From assembly GCA_023920165.1 (NCBI GenBank), contig CP089280.1, positions 2,294,001-2,358,000 of the forward strand: DNA of 64,000 bases. The letters run 5' to 3'. Positions 48,884 through 61,746 of the stretch are shown here, in pieces (the first letter of the stretch is position 1; every line of letters starts with the position of its first letter). This stretch comes from Curvularia clavata. Its lineage: Eukaryota. The notes under the pieces are model-generated. The model made no database searches. It was not told the origin of the DNA and saw nothing but the letters and a program-made list of their open reading frames with translations. The position numbers and the translations under genes were made by a program.

Positions 48884-49872
48884 ATGAACTTCTATCCGCC
48901 CCCTCCCACAATAACCGCATCCCTATACTATCGTGTTCCCGACGAGGTCAGATGCAAAGACCGCGATTCGGAATGGCGAGGAGGTTTCAGCCGGACCTTT
49001 CAGAATATTTTTCTCGAAGGTCCAGTTTACACCTCGTCAGGTGATCTCTATGTAGTGGATATCCCCTACGGCCGAATACTCAGCATCTCGCCCTCAAAAG
49101 ACGTCAAGGTTGAGGCTGAATGGGACGGTGAACCAAATGGTCTGGCCGTAGACCCTGAGGGCAAGATTGCGATTGCAGACTATAAGCAGGTATGGTACCA
49201 AAGTATTAGCAGGGCTGGATATCGGCTGAGCCTAGCTAGGGTATTCTAACATTCGATCCATCGACGGGCAAGATAACGCCACGGCTCTCGCGTCGAAACC
49301 TAGAGCGCTTTAAAGGTCCTAACGATCTAATTTTCAGCTCGAGAGGTGACCTATACTTCACGGACCAGGGACAAACCGGACTAACAGACCCCACTGGGAG
49401 AGTGTATCGCCTTTCGCCTGATGGCAAACTCGACACACTCGTAGAAAATGGCGTCAGCCCCAACGGACTGGTGCTCTCCCCGGACGAGAAGTTCCTCTTC
49501 GTTGCTATGACTCGTTCGAACGCGGTCTGGCGGCTCCCACTTCATGCAGACGGGACTACGAGCAAAGCAGGCCTTTTCTTCCAGAGTTTCGGAACCGCTG
49601 GACCAGATGGTCTCGCAATGGATGAGGAAGGGAGCCTGTTTGTATGTCATCCAAGTTTGGGATCTGTTTTTGTACTTAATGCGGACGGAACTCCAAAAGC
49701 AAGGATCGTGTCTGGTACGGCGGGTGTGAATCTGACGAACTGCTGTTTCGGTGGCCGAGAAGGCAAGACTTTATTCATCACTGACAGCTTAGAAGGCAAC
49801 GTGCAATACGTGGAGTGGCATTGCAAAGGCGCGACTGCAGTTCCCACGATAGTAGGGAAAAAGAGCTCATAG
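48884..49872 (+). CDS. SMP-30/gluconolactonase/LRE-family lactonase (six-bladed propeller)
   Basis: Intron 49190-49239. Metal-ligand motifs FLEGP, PNGL, FKGPNDL, YFTD, SPNGL and GPDGLAMD. Confidence 0.9.
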
Positions 49873-50591
49873 TCGTATACAAAAGGCCATAATTTAACAC
49901 TGTCGATACAACAAGACTGTCCAGTTCTCCCCAGATTCAAGTGCAACTACCTCTGCGTCAAACCTGTTGCAATACCCTGAACCACACTCAAATTGTAAGT
50001 AGCGTTAGAGTTCAGCATTTCATTCGATGAATTCAGCAACGAAAAGAAGTATCAGGTTACTGGCAATTATCGTAGCAACAAAGGTTTCAAAACAACTACT
50101 GTATTGCACTTCACTATTCTATGAACACCGATTGTTTTACTTGTGTTGGAGATTGTATTTTCATTTCGCTCATCTTACAAACGTGCCGACATGAGATTCA
50201 TTCCGAAAATACGAACATACAATAAGCTCCCGTGTTCAGAATATACTGCAATATCGACACTCGACCACCAATTGAGTCCAAGACATTGTTCATTCCACCA
50301 AACCCTTTAACAAAGAATACATACCAGCATAGAATAGTACATCAAGAGCATAAAAAAACTGTCAAAAATCCATCTCCTTAGTGCAGGGATTCATAGGTAC
50401 CCAATCAAAAGTCATCATGACGTCAACTGCTGTTCATGGAGTAGTTTCGCCATTGGACACTGTCCAACGAACCGAGTGTGATTACTCTTGAGTTGAGAAG
50501 ACTACGACTATTCAATTGACACAAAAAAATACCCTATTGTTTTCATTCTTGCCGAATCAATCTTTAAGCATATCCACGTGTAAACCACATC

Positions 50592-51398
50592 ATGGATGCA
50601 GTCCCAGTCAGCAACAAGACAGCGGGAGAGCCCGAAAGCACATACAATCGCGCACTAGAAACGGGCGCCGGGGCAACTCAGGTGGGTGAATCAAACATGA
50701 ATTCAGTTTGTTGGCTACGAAAACTAATACAAGTTTCCAGAACTTTGCTCCCGTAAAGAGAGTCTGCGCGCACCTGAATGCCTTTCACGCATACGCGCAC
50801 GATCCCAAGCGCCCCGCAGTAGAAGCGAATCACTATTGTGCTCATCTCAATGATGAGGTGCGGCAATGTATTCTCTACGACTCGCCCGAGCCCGGCGCAC
50901 GTATTATCGGTATTGGTATGCACTACCTTATCCCCGATCTTTTCTGCTCAGGCGCAAAGTTGATTTCAAAAATCAGAATACATGATTTCCCCCAAGCTCT
51001 ACGAGACACTGGATGCTGAAGAGCAAAAGCTATGGCACTCGCACGTCTTCGAAGTCAAGTCCGGAATGCTCATCATGCCGCGTCCGACAGGTGTCCCGGA
51101 GACAGCGTGGGAAGTAGCCGAGAACCGGGAGATGGAGGAGGTGGTCGAGTTGTACGGCAAGATTTACCATTTGTGGCAGACGGATCGTGGAGATAAGTTG
51201 CCGCTTGGGCCGCCGCAGCTGATGACTAGTTATACAGCGGCAGACCAGATGCCGGATTTTGAGAAGAGACTGGCGGATAGGGATCAGAGGTTTTCCAGTA
51301 ACTACAAGAGGAAGAAGGAGGTCAGGGAGTATATTGAGGTGCCGAAGATTCATGAGAATGCCGACGCGACGTGGGCGAAGGAGGGTATGGGACACTGA
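50592..51398 (+). CDS. DUF1264 / oil-body-associated protein (OBAP)-like
   Basis: Introns 50682-50740 and 50916-50976. [59 protein letters not shown]. Confidence 0.88.
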
Positions 51399-51568
51399 GT
51401 GGTTCTTGGAAGGTGAGGATTAGCGGCGTCGGTCGGGTGTAGGTGTTGCTGCGCGAAAGCAGGCCGCTTGCATGATTGTAAAAAAGCATTGTGGGTATCA
51501 AATCCTCTACAAAAATCTCCACGTCCGTTCCTGAATCTAAGCTCACATGGTCAACGCGACTGGCGGTA

Positions 51569-52290
51569 TCATGAGCTCGTAGTGTTGGGAAGGACCTCGA
51601 TGCCGGCTGGGTCGTGCTTCTTTTCGCGCCCCATGAGCTTGCCTAAAACATCCTTTTCAGTGCCGTCGTCTTCCGCATCGCTCGCGTCTTCTGCGTCGCT
51701 GTCCGCGTTGGGGTTTTTCTCTTCGAGCACGCCGAGTCCGAGATTCTGGCCACGGTTAGCAGCTAGTCTGTTTTCTGTTCACAAGCACTCACCATTTCGA
51801 TATACGGCTCTCCCTCTTCCTGGTCCTCAGCATCCATGCGCTTCAGCGTCCCCGCTCTTTTGTGTGCCTCCAACTCCTCGTTGGCGGCCTTTAAGCGCGG
51901 CAGAAAATCCTTGAGGAAATCTCTGATATCAGGCCCCATTTCTTCTTTGCTCAATTTCATGATGGGCTTCTTGCCTCTGTTTGCCCGCAAGTTTACCACG
52001 CCGTCTGTGCCCTTTGCCTCGTCCAACTGCATCTCCGTATCTTTGCCCTCGTCGTCTTCATCTTCTTCCTCGCTCGAACTCTCATCGCTGCTGGGCTCTT
52101 CGCTTGATTCAGACAAAATGCTGTCGGTGTCCGAAGTACCGTAGTCGCTCGGTTTCATCGAAGCGTCGTCTGCAGTGTTTTTACATGCGAGGGCGGACTG
52201 CGACGACGTCGAGGGCGGCGAGCTGGGCTCGTTGGAGAAGCGTGGGCGTTTGCTGCGATGGGGAACTGAGTCGTGCGTGTATGGCGACAT
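51569..52290 (-). CDS. DUF4598 / NOPCHAP1-like protein
   Basis: FLPRLKAANEELE..PYIEM|NLGLGVLEEK across intron 51746-51792; acidic tracts. Confidence 0.75.
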
Positions 52291-53675
52291 GGCTATGCGG
52301 CGGTAATGGAATCAGCCGTGACTTGGCGAGAGAAATTGTGCTGTTCGAGCGGTCCAGGTCGGGTTACAGAGTGGCCGAGAGTCGATCAGAAAAAAGTTGT
52401 GCAAACGTTGGGACGGCCTCGAGCCATGTTGCGGAACGGTCCCGAGGTACGTCACCGCCGCTGGCCCATCACATCGCCCCAGCATGCTTACTCCACAGGA
52501 TCAGCGTATTACGCGGGGCAGCATTCCGATGGCTGCAGCTACGGGCATGTCGCTGTACGAATTGCACCGGGTGGGCTGTAGACCGGAGACGAGCATGTGG
52601 CTGTACTGTAGGCTGGCCTGAGGCTCAAGCCAGCTCATTGGTGTCAGCAGGGGTCTCTGAAACCACGTCTTGAAACCTAGTAGTTAGAGCGGGCGCCTGC
52701 ATAGCTGACCTGGCTACTCTCTCTCCACTGAGCCTCTTAAAGGGTCCATCTGGCCTTGCACATATCTCTCTCCACCCCTTCTTGTCAATCTTTTGTTGCC
52801 TTGTTGTTGCGCTGTTGACCTGTTTACGTGGCAGTAAACTGTCGGTGTGTAGAACTACCCCTCTTCAACCCCTGGACACAGACACATCGCCAGGCGGCTG
52901 TTGTTGTCCATACCAAAGAGCTGTGACAACTAGTATTGGGTAAGTCCAAGTTCTTCCATCATTCCATTCAATTTCTCAATATGCGTCCAATGTTGGGTTA
53001 CTTGGTTCCCTCTACAGCAGTTTTTTGCGCAGAGTTCATCCATCTCTACCCTGTTGAGACGCCCCTGGAACTGGCTTGTACGCTGTCTCCAAGACTGTCC
53101 CTGTCACAAGATTTCCTGCATCCGCAAAGATGCCCTGTTCCCTCCTTTTTGTTATCCTTGTTTTGCCATACTCCCGGGTTTTCAATACTGCTATGTCAAC
53201 GCTGTCATCTCAAGCCGTGATTCTTTCAACCCAAGAAAGCAACGGCTATCTCTGCTATTCATCCTCTTCACAAAAGGATTGAGATGAAATTTCGGGGATG
53301 CGGTTGATTTGCAATTGCTTATGCAATTCAATCTAAGCATGCCTACCAACCTGCATAGCCTTCACAAACCTCAAGACATGTCTCACTTACTGTCCACTAT
53401 GTTTCACAGCTCTTTTCATACTACTCCATTTCTTCAAATTAACTATCAACTCCACTGATTACCATGCTGACCTGCACAGATTAGGTTGTTGCTGCCCAGA
53501 ACATCTTGATCCCATTTCTCAAGACCTCCACGTCACCAAACTCCTTGTTCGAGTTTGAATCGGATTGGTCAAGTTTCAAGAATTTGAATAAGATTTAATT
53601 AGCCAACACATTTGGGGACATCATTCGAGTCTTTTTTCCATCACCAATAGTCCTACCTTCGACACCACATCCATC

Positions 53676-54437
53676 ATGGCTGGCCGCTTCCCGGTGCTAA
53701 GCACCTCCAACCTTCCCAGTGCCTCGTCCGAGGAGCAAGCCGCAACTGCGTCGCCTGCACGCGGTACTGCAATGCTCAATAACATCTTCAAGTCGGTGCG
53801 CGTTCCCGAGTTCCGATTCAAGTGGATGTTCTGGGCCGAAAAGGGACAACAGGCACCGCCCAAGGACAAGGCAGTGGCATCAGAAGAATACCTGACTCGC
53901 CCCAAGCCGTTGGGTGACCAGATTGTCTCCGTCAAAGAGTTCTACCAGCATTTCAACAACATCCCTGTTGAGAACCTAAAGCTGCGTGACTCGATACATC
54001 TCTTCCACTTGGGTGTAAAGCCAGTTTGGGAGGACCCCCGCAACACTCGCGGAGGAGCCTGGTACTTCAAGGTCAGCAAGGACCTGGCAGCGCAGTTCTG
54101 GCATGAAATGTGCCTGCTCGCTGTGGGTGACGTCCTGCAAGGGGCCGTCGAAACGAAACGTGCTTGTAAGTTGCTTCCTCTTTACTATTGTTGCCGATAG
54201 AAATACAATACTGACCACATAACAGCTTTCAACGACGACATCTGTGGCATCTCGTACAGCGTTCGCTGGAACGCGGTACAGATTGCGGTGTGGAACCGGG
54301 ACGCTGAGAACGAGGAAGGGCGTCAAAAGCTTCTGGCAGTCATCCTCGAGAAGCTGTCTGAGGAACTGCGGCCCAAGAAGGAGGATAGCTATTGGTACAA
54401 GGCGCACAAGGAGCACAAGGGCTTCATTGAGCAGTAG
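53676..54437 (+). CDS. eIF4E-family cap-binding protein, divergent (4EHP/class II-like)
   Basis: Intron 54166-54225. KWMFW, HLFHLGVKPVWEDPRNTRGGAW, DDICGISYSVR, IAVWNR and YKAH. Confidence 0.85.
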
Positions 54438-54766
54438 TGAGCCGACTATTGCGCCAGTAGCTTCGGCTGTGAGGGGTTGGCGGGGGATGGAGAAATACTG
54501 GTTCAGTATGGCACCTGTACACGAGACATTGGAGTCTCTACATAGCATACATCATATCTGCGGAGTCTTTGAATACATTCTTTTGGCTTCACTTTTCATT
54601 TCTCTGTGCATCCAAGATATGCGACAGTCGTCATGGTGCGCCAATCACGGCCATGGTTCGCCGCAGAAGCACGGGCCATATGTAGAAGCATCATCCACTT
54701 CTCACAAACCTCCGCACTCGAGCCACTGCCGCCTCCCCAACATCAAGTCGTCCCAACCCGCCCAAC

Positions 54767-55673
54767 ATGGCCGCGATACCAACATCCCTTTTCCGCTGGG
54801 TCGTTCCCGCCGCCATCGGTGCCAGTGTGGTGCAGTCGTCCATGTACGACGTCAAGGGCGGCACTCGCGCCATCATCTTCGACCGTCTGTCGGGAGTCAA
54901 GGAAACCGTCGTAAACGAGGGCACACATTTTCTGATTCCATGGCTGCAGCGAGCCGTCGTCTTCGATGTCCGAACCAAGCCCAGGAACATTAGCACGACA
55001 ACAGGAAGCAAGGACTTGCAAATGGTCACGCTGACGTTGAGGGTGTTGCACCGACCGGAAGTCAAGGCACTACCCAAGATTTACCAGGTACGGCGGATTT
55101 CAAGGACAGAGTTTGGGAAATGGTGCAAGTTTGCTAACCAACAGGCAGAATCTTGGTCTTGACTACGACGAAAGGGTTCTTCCCTCAATTGGAAACGAAG
55201 TTCTCAAAGCCATTGTCGCTCAGTTTGATGCTGCAGAGCTTATTACTCAGCGAGAAGCTGTCTCAAACCGTATCCGCACCGATCTTCTCAAGCGCGCCAA
55301 CGAGTTCAACATCGCGCTCGAGGATGTCTCCATCACACACATGACATTTGGCAAGGAATTCACCAAGGCAGTCGAGGAGAAGCAAATCGCACAGCAGGAA
55401 GCCGAGCGTGCGCGATTCATTGTCGAAAAGGCAGAGCAGGAAAGGCAGGCCAATGTCATTCGCGCCGAGGGTGAAGCCGAGGCGGCGGATACCATTAGCA
55501 AAGCTGTGGCGAAGAGTGGTGACGGACTGGTTCTCATCAGGCGGCTGGAGTCTCAAAAGGACATTGCACAGATTTTGGCGCGCAACCCCAACATCAGCTA
55601 CCTGCCTAGCGGAGCCTCTAGCAACGGAAGCGGCTCGGGTGGCGGCAGCTTCCTGTTGGGCCTCAGGTCGTAG
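54767..55673 (+). CDS. PHB1: Prohibitin 1 (SPFH)
   Basis: [57 protein letters not shown] and [15 protein letters not shown]; intron 55088-55148. Confidence 0.95.
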
Positions 55674-56970
55674 AAGGATGAATACGAGTGAGCGATGAGG
55701 AGTGAATGTGGGACGGGTTGAAAACGCATAGCCGACATATTACCGGCATGTGGCTGCTGTACAATATACTAACAACGGGCATGATAACGCTTCTCTACCA
55801 ACACGGGAGCATGATCTCTCTATTTTTCCCCTCTCTTTCCTGTCTCCTGCAAGCTTACCAATCGGCAAAGGCACGTGATGACCCTTTTGTAAGGATTACA
55901 AAACTGCATCATATACGCGACACACGGGGTCGAATCTCACGATAGTGGATGAGTCGAGGCAAGTGCCGGATTACAAAGCCTTGCGCCCTTTGAATCCTCC
56001 TTATCGCCGTATAGACAAGTAGAAAAAAGGGCCTCGCCAAAAACGACAAATGCAGAAATCCGAGCGAACAGAATGAAGAAATCCGAGCGAAGGCCGTGTG
56101 ACAAGAATTGTCATTGCAACCTCAGATGATGTTTTGACACATTGTCCGCCTCAGGCCGCTCTAGGGTTTCGGTGGCACAGTGTTCCGCTCTAAAAACAGA
56201 TCACAGCTTGTTTATGCGATTGCTTGCAGGAAACAAGCTATTAGATGGTGACTGGCGGTGTTGTACTGTTTCGGGGTATAGTGTGATGTAGGTGTTTTGT
56301 GTGATGCCGGGTACACTACATGGAGATACACATGTCCAATGATGCGACGACGTCGGTGTTGCAGCCTGTTTCGGGCGAGCACAGGCTCCGGGTTAGGGAA
56401 ACCCCTCCTCGTTAGATACTACGATCCCAGTAGCACATCGCCCGAGGAACGACAGGCGCATCGGCGCATCGGCGCGTTTGTTGCATTAAACATGACGCTG
56501 AATCTGGAGGAGGTACAGGCTTCAACCCGCAAGGCAGCTGCATAACACTGCAAAACAATGGTGGTCGGGAGGACGTATTCAACACGGCTAGTAAACGTTG
56601 AGGGGAAAAAACTTTAGCAAACAAGCTGCGCCACTGGGCGAGAGAGAGTGCGTGACTGCATCCAGTGCCGGGGTACAAGCATCGATAGGACGAGAGGTGG
56701 TGGTTTGGGTAGCGTGGATGCCCAAGGCTAGTGCATCGTGGCTATGCACTGAGGCTAGCCAGTTTTCCAGCCAATCAGAGCAGCTGTGGCCATGCAGCGT
56801 GGCTTGACGCCTTCAACTCCATCCTAGCAGGGCTCACCGACAGGCTGTCCTCGTAATGCTCAGCTCGCAATGTCGGCCGCGTATATACACTCTGGCAATC
56901 GTCGCGAGGGGGGAGGAGAAGCATTCAGCAGCATACGCTTCTTTGCCCCCACCAGCCTCGCTTAGCCACC

Positions 56971-59686
56971 ATGGCCGTCATCCAGCAGCGCAATGCTGCC
57001 CAGCGAACGAGCATTGCCCTCACCTTTCGTATCCTGCTATTTGTCAAGCAGCTTCGTCGGCGTGTCGAGCCGCGTATGCAACATGGGAATCTGCTTGGCA
57101 GCAGCATCTGCCCCAGCGTGCGATCGCCGTCGTCGCGCCACTTGGACACGCCGGCGTCGGCTGCTCCCGCGAGTCGAAACCTGGCTCGAGACAAGGTGCA
57201 ACAGTACGTTTTTGGAAGCTTTTGTTTGGTTTCATCTGCTCATGTGCCGGCCCTAATTAGGATGCTCTGCACACTCGATAGTAAACTTAATTGCAAGGCG
57301 GGAAACGCTTTTTCGTCCATCGCGAGTAGCAGCGTGCTCTTCCTCAAACATGACAATGCGCCGATCCTCGAGGCGTGTTCCATGAACGAAACCATCCAGC
57401 TCCTGGCCCACGTTCACGACGCCATCAACGTACTGTCCGACTGCCGGGCGCAGTATGGCGATGACTGGCTTCTGGGCCAAGGACTTGCGATAGGCCTGAT
57501 CCTGGACCAGAACTTTATCGCAAACTATGAGCATCTGTTGCTGTGTCTGCAGGCGCAGCTCGTCGACGTTTTGGCGCGCAAGGCGCTCGAGGAGCTGCTG
57601 CAGGGCAATCACGACAAAAAGCAACGCAAGCTGCTGGGCTGGTTTGCTGAATTCGCCGACAAGCCCCAGGCCCTTAGCACATCGTTTCCATGGACGATCA
57701 AGCCCTCGCTAGCCGTACTGTGGGGTGTTTGCTGGATGTACTATTACGGCCGAACAGCGGGCATAGATGACGAACAGCAGCAGCCGCAGCAATCACAGCC
57801 GCAGCCGCCGCAGCAGTCCAGAGCCGGCAGAGACCGCGTGCGTCTAGATGCAGTGCTGAACAACATTCACCTCGAGTGGGATACGGACGTATCGTCCGAC
57901 TGTATGTGTTGCATCTCATTTTCTCGTCGCCCATAACCGCTAGTGTGTCGCTACACAGTCGGACGACTAGACGCCCAGGTTGCCGGGACTAACGCATTGC
58001 AGACGTCAGCCTTGGCCGTCAGCTGATTGGTGAGGCGCCGCAGCGTATGCCGCATGCGGCAAACGTGAGTGTGGGTCTTGGGCACAACGTGTTCCAGGCA
58101 CGAAACACGGCATCCTGGCAGTCCGATTTGACTCTGGACGAATGCGAGCGAACGAGCGGTGCAAGCAGGCTGCCAGCCTTGGTGGATAGTCAGGCAGGGT
58201 CAAGGGCGGAACCCTCGCCGCTTCCAAGTAAGTGCCTAGTCGCTTTGTCCCGTCTGTGTTTGACTCACGCTGTCGACTCGACACCCGGTTTCAGCCTGGA
58301 AAGTATCGTACCGCGTATAATTCTCCCAAGCTAACCCTTGAGCCCAAGATACTTATTACGCCGATGCCGCCTCATACCTCGAGGTAGTTCCGCCCGTTAA
58401 TTTGTATTCGCCCCATAGTCCAGGCCCTGCTGCGCCACTGACAACTTTTGCTCATCTTGGCTCCGACCATCCAACTCACACTTGGCATTCATTGCCACCT
58501 CAGGACCCTCCGCGTCATCTGATCCAATCGCCCAATCCGACGATTCGAGTCATCCAAGCGACAGACAACGACTTCTTTACTCAGCCACAAACTGGCTTCG
58601 CGTCGTCTGCTGCTTCATCTGATATATATCCACGTCCGCCTTGCCAACCTCAGGCCCAGTCACTAAACTTGAATTCTCCCTACTACAATTATCCAGATCC
58701 ATCCTTCAATATGACAGATCTCTCTCCCACAACTGTAGTTCTGCCAGCTCCGCACCAACACAAGCGGGACGCTTCGGTCAACTCAATAAACGGCGACATG
58801 CCCACTCCAGTCAGTCTGGCCTGTTCACGATCCCCTATGACTTCCCCAACAGTGGGCGAGCGACCATCCACGGCTACCAGCCCTCCGAGATCCCACAGTA
58901 GAGGCCTTTCTGTAGACTCCTCTCAAGATGGTGACGACGACGGATCCCTGCGGAAGAATCACAGCTACAAACGCGCCGAAGAGCCGCCGCGCAATGAGGA
59001 CGGCAAGATGGTTTGCAAATACCAAGAATGCCACGGCACATCGTTTGATCGCAAATGCGAATGGAGGTAAGCATTTCCCGTCTGCCCCGCAAACCCACTA
59101 TTTTTCAAGCAATCATAAACTGACTTTTGTTTATAGTAAACATATGGACAAGCATGATCGTCCCTACAAGTGCAACGCCAAGGGTTGCGAGAAACTCCAA
59201 GGTTTTACCTACAGTGGCGGTCTTCTTCGCCATGAGCGCGAGGTCCACAAGATGCACGGCGGCACCAAGAAGTCCCTCTTCTGCCCGTTCCCTGACTGCA
59301 AGCGCAGTTCAGGCGCCGGATTCACGCGGAAAGAGAACTTGGCGGAGCACATCCGCCGTGTCCATAGGAGAACTTCCATGTCAGCAGACCTGCATGGCCT
59401 CGTCATTCGCCGTGATATGGTTCGGCGCGAGATGGAAGGATCTCCTATCCGTGAGTCACGCGCCTCAGAGTCACCCTATAGCCGACCTTTGGAATATCGC
59501 GACGACGAGGATATCAGCCTGAAGCGCAAGCGTGATGTCTCAGAGTCTGAGATGCCTGGCCACCGCGACAACGACGAGATGCGCTCTGAGATTAAGCGAC
59601 TGCGACAAGAGAACGAGGAAAAGGACTCGCGGCTGAAGCAGCTGGAGCAGGCTGTCATGGCCCTGCAGCAGCAGACCCGTAGGTGA
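56971..59686 (+). CDS. C2H2 zinc-finger transcription factor (3 fingers plus C-terminal coiled coil), with long N-terminal region
   Basis: Fingers CKYQEC..FDRKCEWSKHMDKH, CNAKGC..GLLRHEREVH and CPFPDC..NLAEHIRRVH (intron 59067-59136). Upstream exons join in frame via putative introns 57902-58002, 58228-58348 and 58384-58503. True start uncertain (56971, 57261 or later). Confidence 0.7.
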
Positions 59687-61746
59687 ATCGCTTGAGATGT
59701 TTTGTTTGACACTGTTATTTCTGTATTGTTTCTTTTTTTATATCCGACGACCACGATCTATCACTGCATTTGGGAGGAGTTTGGGTAATGGGTGTCTCTC
59801 TTTTTTCTGTCTATAACATTCTCCACACCCACTCATACACATTTGCACACACGCTCATTGTACATATCTACTCGAGCGAGATTTTACCCCATTCTACAAC
59901 TTAACCCGTAATTTTTTGTCATTTTATCACTAGCAAATCTTGTTGGGAGAGCATGGCTGGTACCATGTCCAAGTTATGAATTGAACGGCTATATCAAGAC
60001 TGCAAATGGGAAAGGAAGGGAAACGGATATTATACCACTCATTACTAGTTTGTTTACTGTTATTCATAAATGTTTTAGTAGTTAATTCTTTTTGTCCAAG
60101 AGAAACCAGAATGATTGTAAGAGATATAAATAGCAAAAAAAGACAGACAGACATGTGCATTATTCTACTACTCTACTCAATACAAATCTTGCACTCTATT
60201 CATCACACGCCAAGTTTGAAGTTGACGTTGACTTTGGCCCCCAAAAAAATCGCAGGTACGGGACTAAGCCTTTAACCCCGGCCCCCCCTCTCTCTGCCTT
60301 TGATGCCTAGCAGGATTCCTGGCCTGACCCGCATATGTGGGATCGTGCTGACTAGCAACGTCAGTTAAACGAACGGAGGGCCAGGCCCTAAAGTAAGCTT
60401 TTTGCACTTGTTGGGCACGGAGCCATCATGTGCATATGTCGTGCAGGTGTTCACGCAGTACAAGCCTGACTAGGTGTGTGCATAGGGACGTTTTCGTAGG
60501 CGCTGGGATTAGTGTCTCAGTTGCACCAACCAACCAACCAATACATGCTTATGTTTCTTGACGATTGCGAAAGGGCAATGGTCTGGTCTTTGATGTGAGA
60601 AAGTTGTTTGCGTCATAGCTGTAAGCCGCCCTTTCGTTGTTTTTTTCTTGTTTTTGATTCTACCAGCCCTTTCGGAGGGTTGTGCGAGGGCGAGATCCGA
60701 TGAGATGATTCATAGCTGTACGGAGTACCATGGGATTGGCGCCTGAGACCAGGCCAGGCAAATGAAGTGGCTAGGCTAGTGGCGGGGCTGAAAGGGGGCG
60801 CTGAACATGTGACGACGTGTTAGCGTGTTAGCATGTGACGCGTTTTCCTTGTTTTTTGTTTTATTGTCTTGTGTTCTTCACGTGTCGCGGATTGCTGCCT
60901 GGTATTCCGTCGCGGAAGTCATTGCGGTAAGGTGTGGCGCAAAAGAAAATCCACTTTATTAGGCAGACAGCGGACGAGTTGAGGGAGAAAATACCGCGGG
61001 ACCGTATACAGTATCTACGGCGAGGAAGGGCGATGTGCATGTGGGGGCTGTGTAAATGGAATGTTCTAAGGCGCGTACGGAGTATGTACAGATTAGTGTC
61101 TTGTTCTGGAATGTTGGGCGTATCGGGCGTATTGGCGTATGTGGTGTACTCCGTAGTGGTGGTGTGGCGTTGGTGTGGCGGGACATTTAGGCATCAGTCA
61201 TACATGGTATTGGAAATCATACAATGACGCTAAATTAGCCTACCCGACTCTATCCACGGCTGAAGTTGCCAAAACCTGCGTCTCTGTAGGAGCACGTGAT
61301 CGGACTGCTAGGCACCTTCTTCACTCAATTTACTACTAGCAATTGCTATTCGACTATCTGATTGCGAGTCGCCTCTTGATTTGTTGAGCTCGACCCCTAT
61401 CGTGCCACACCACATGATTCCTCAAACTCTTCGTGTGTTACCTTCAGTCCCGCGCATTCGCTTTTCCTCCTTTGGTCGTATCTTGTTTCTCCTGTCTTCT
61501 CTACAAAATTGTGTAGTTTGACATTATCGTGAACAGCCAAAGTTTCCGCCACCCGTTCGGTTTATAAAGTAAGTATGCACCAAACGCTGGAGGGTCACTG
61601 TCGTTAGGGGGCCGTATAGTAAGCAGCGCTTCTTGTTACTCTCTATATATCTTTGAGAGAGCATTGTTGCTGTAATGAAGCGAGTGTGTCGTAATAGGCT
61701 GCTTCACTCGCGGCCAGTCGCACGTCGAAGGGCCTCAAGATGAACC

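Noticed and set aside
59690..61640. Long gene-free stretch as possible transposon or RIP relic
   Set aside because: No terminal repeats, transposase remnants or strong TpA enrichment seen; looks like UTR/regulatory DNA.
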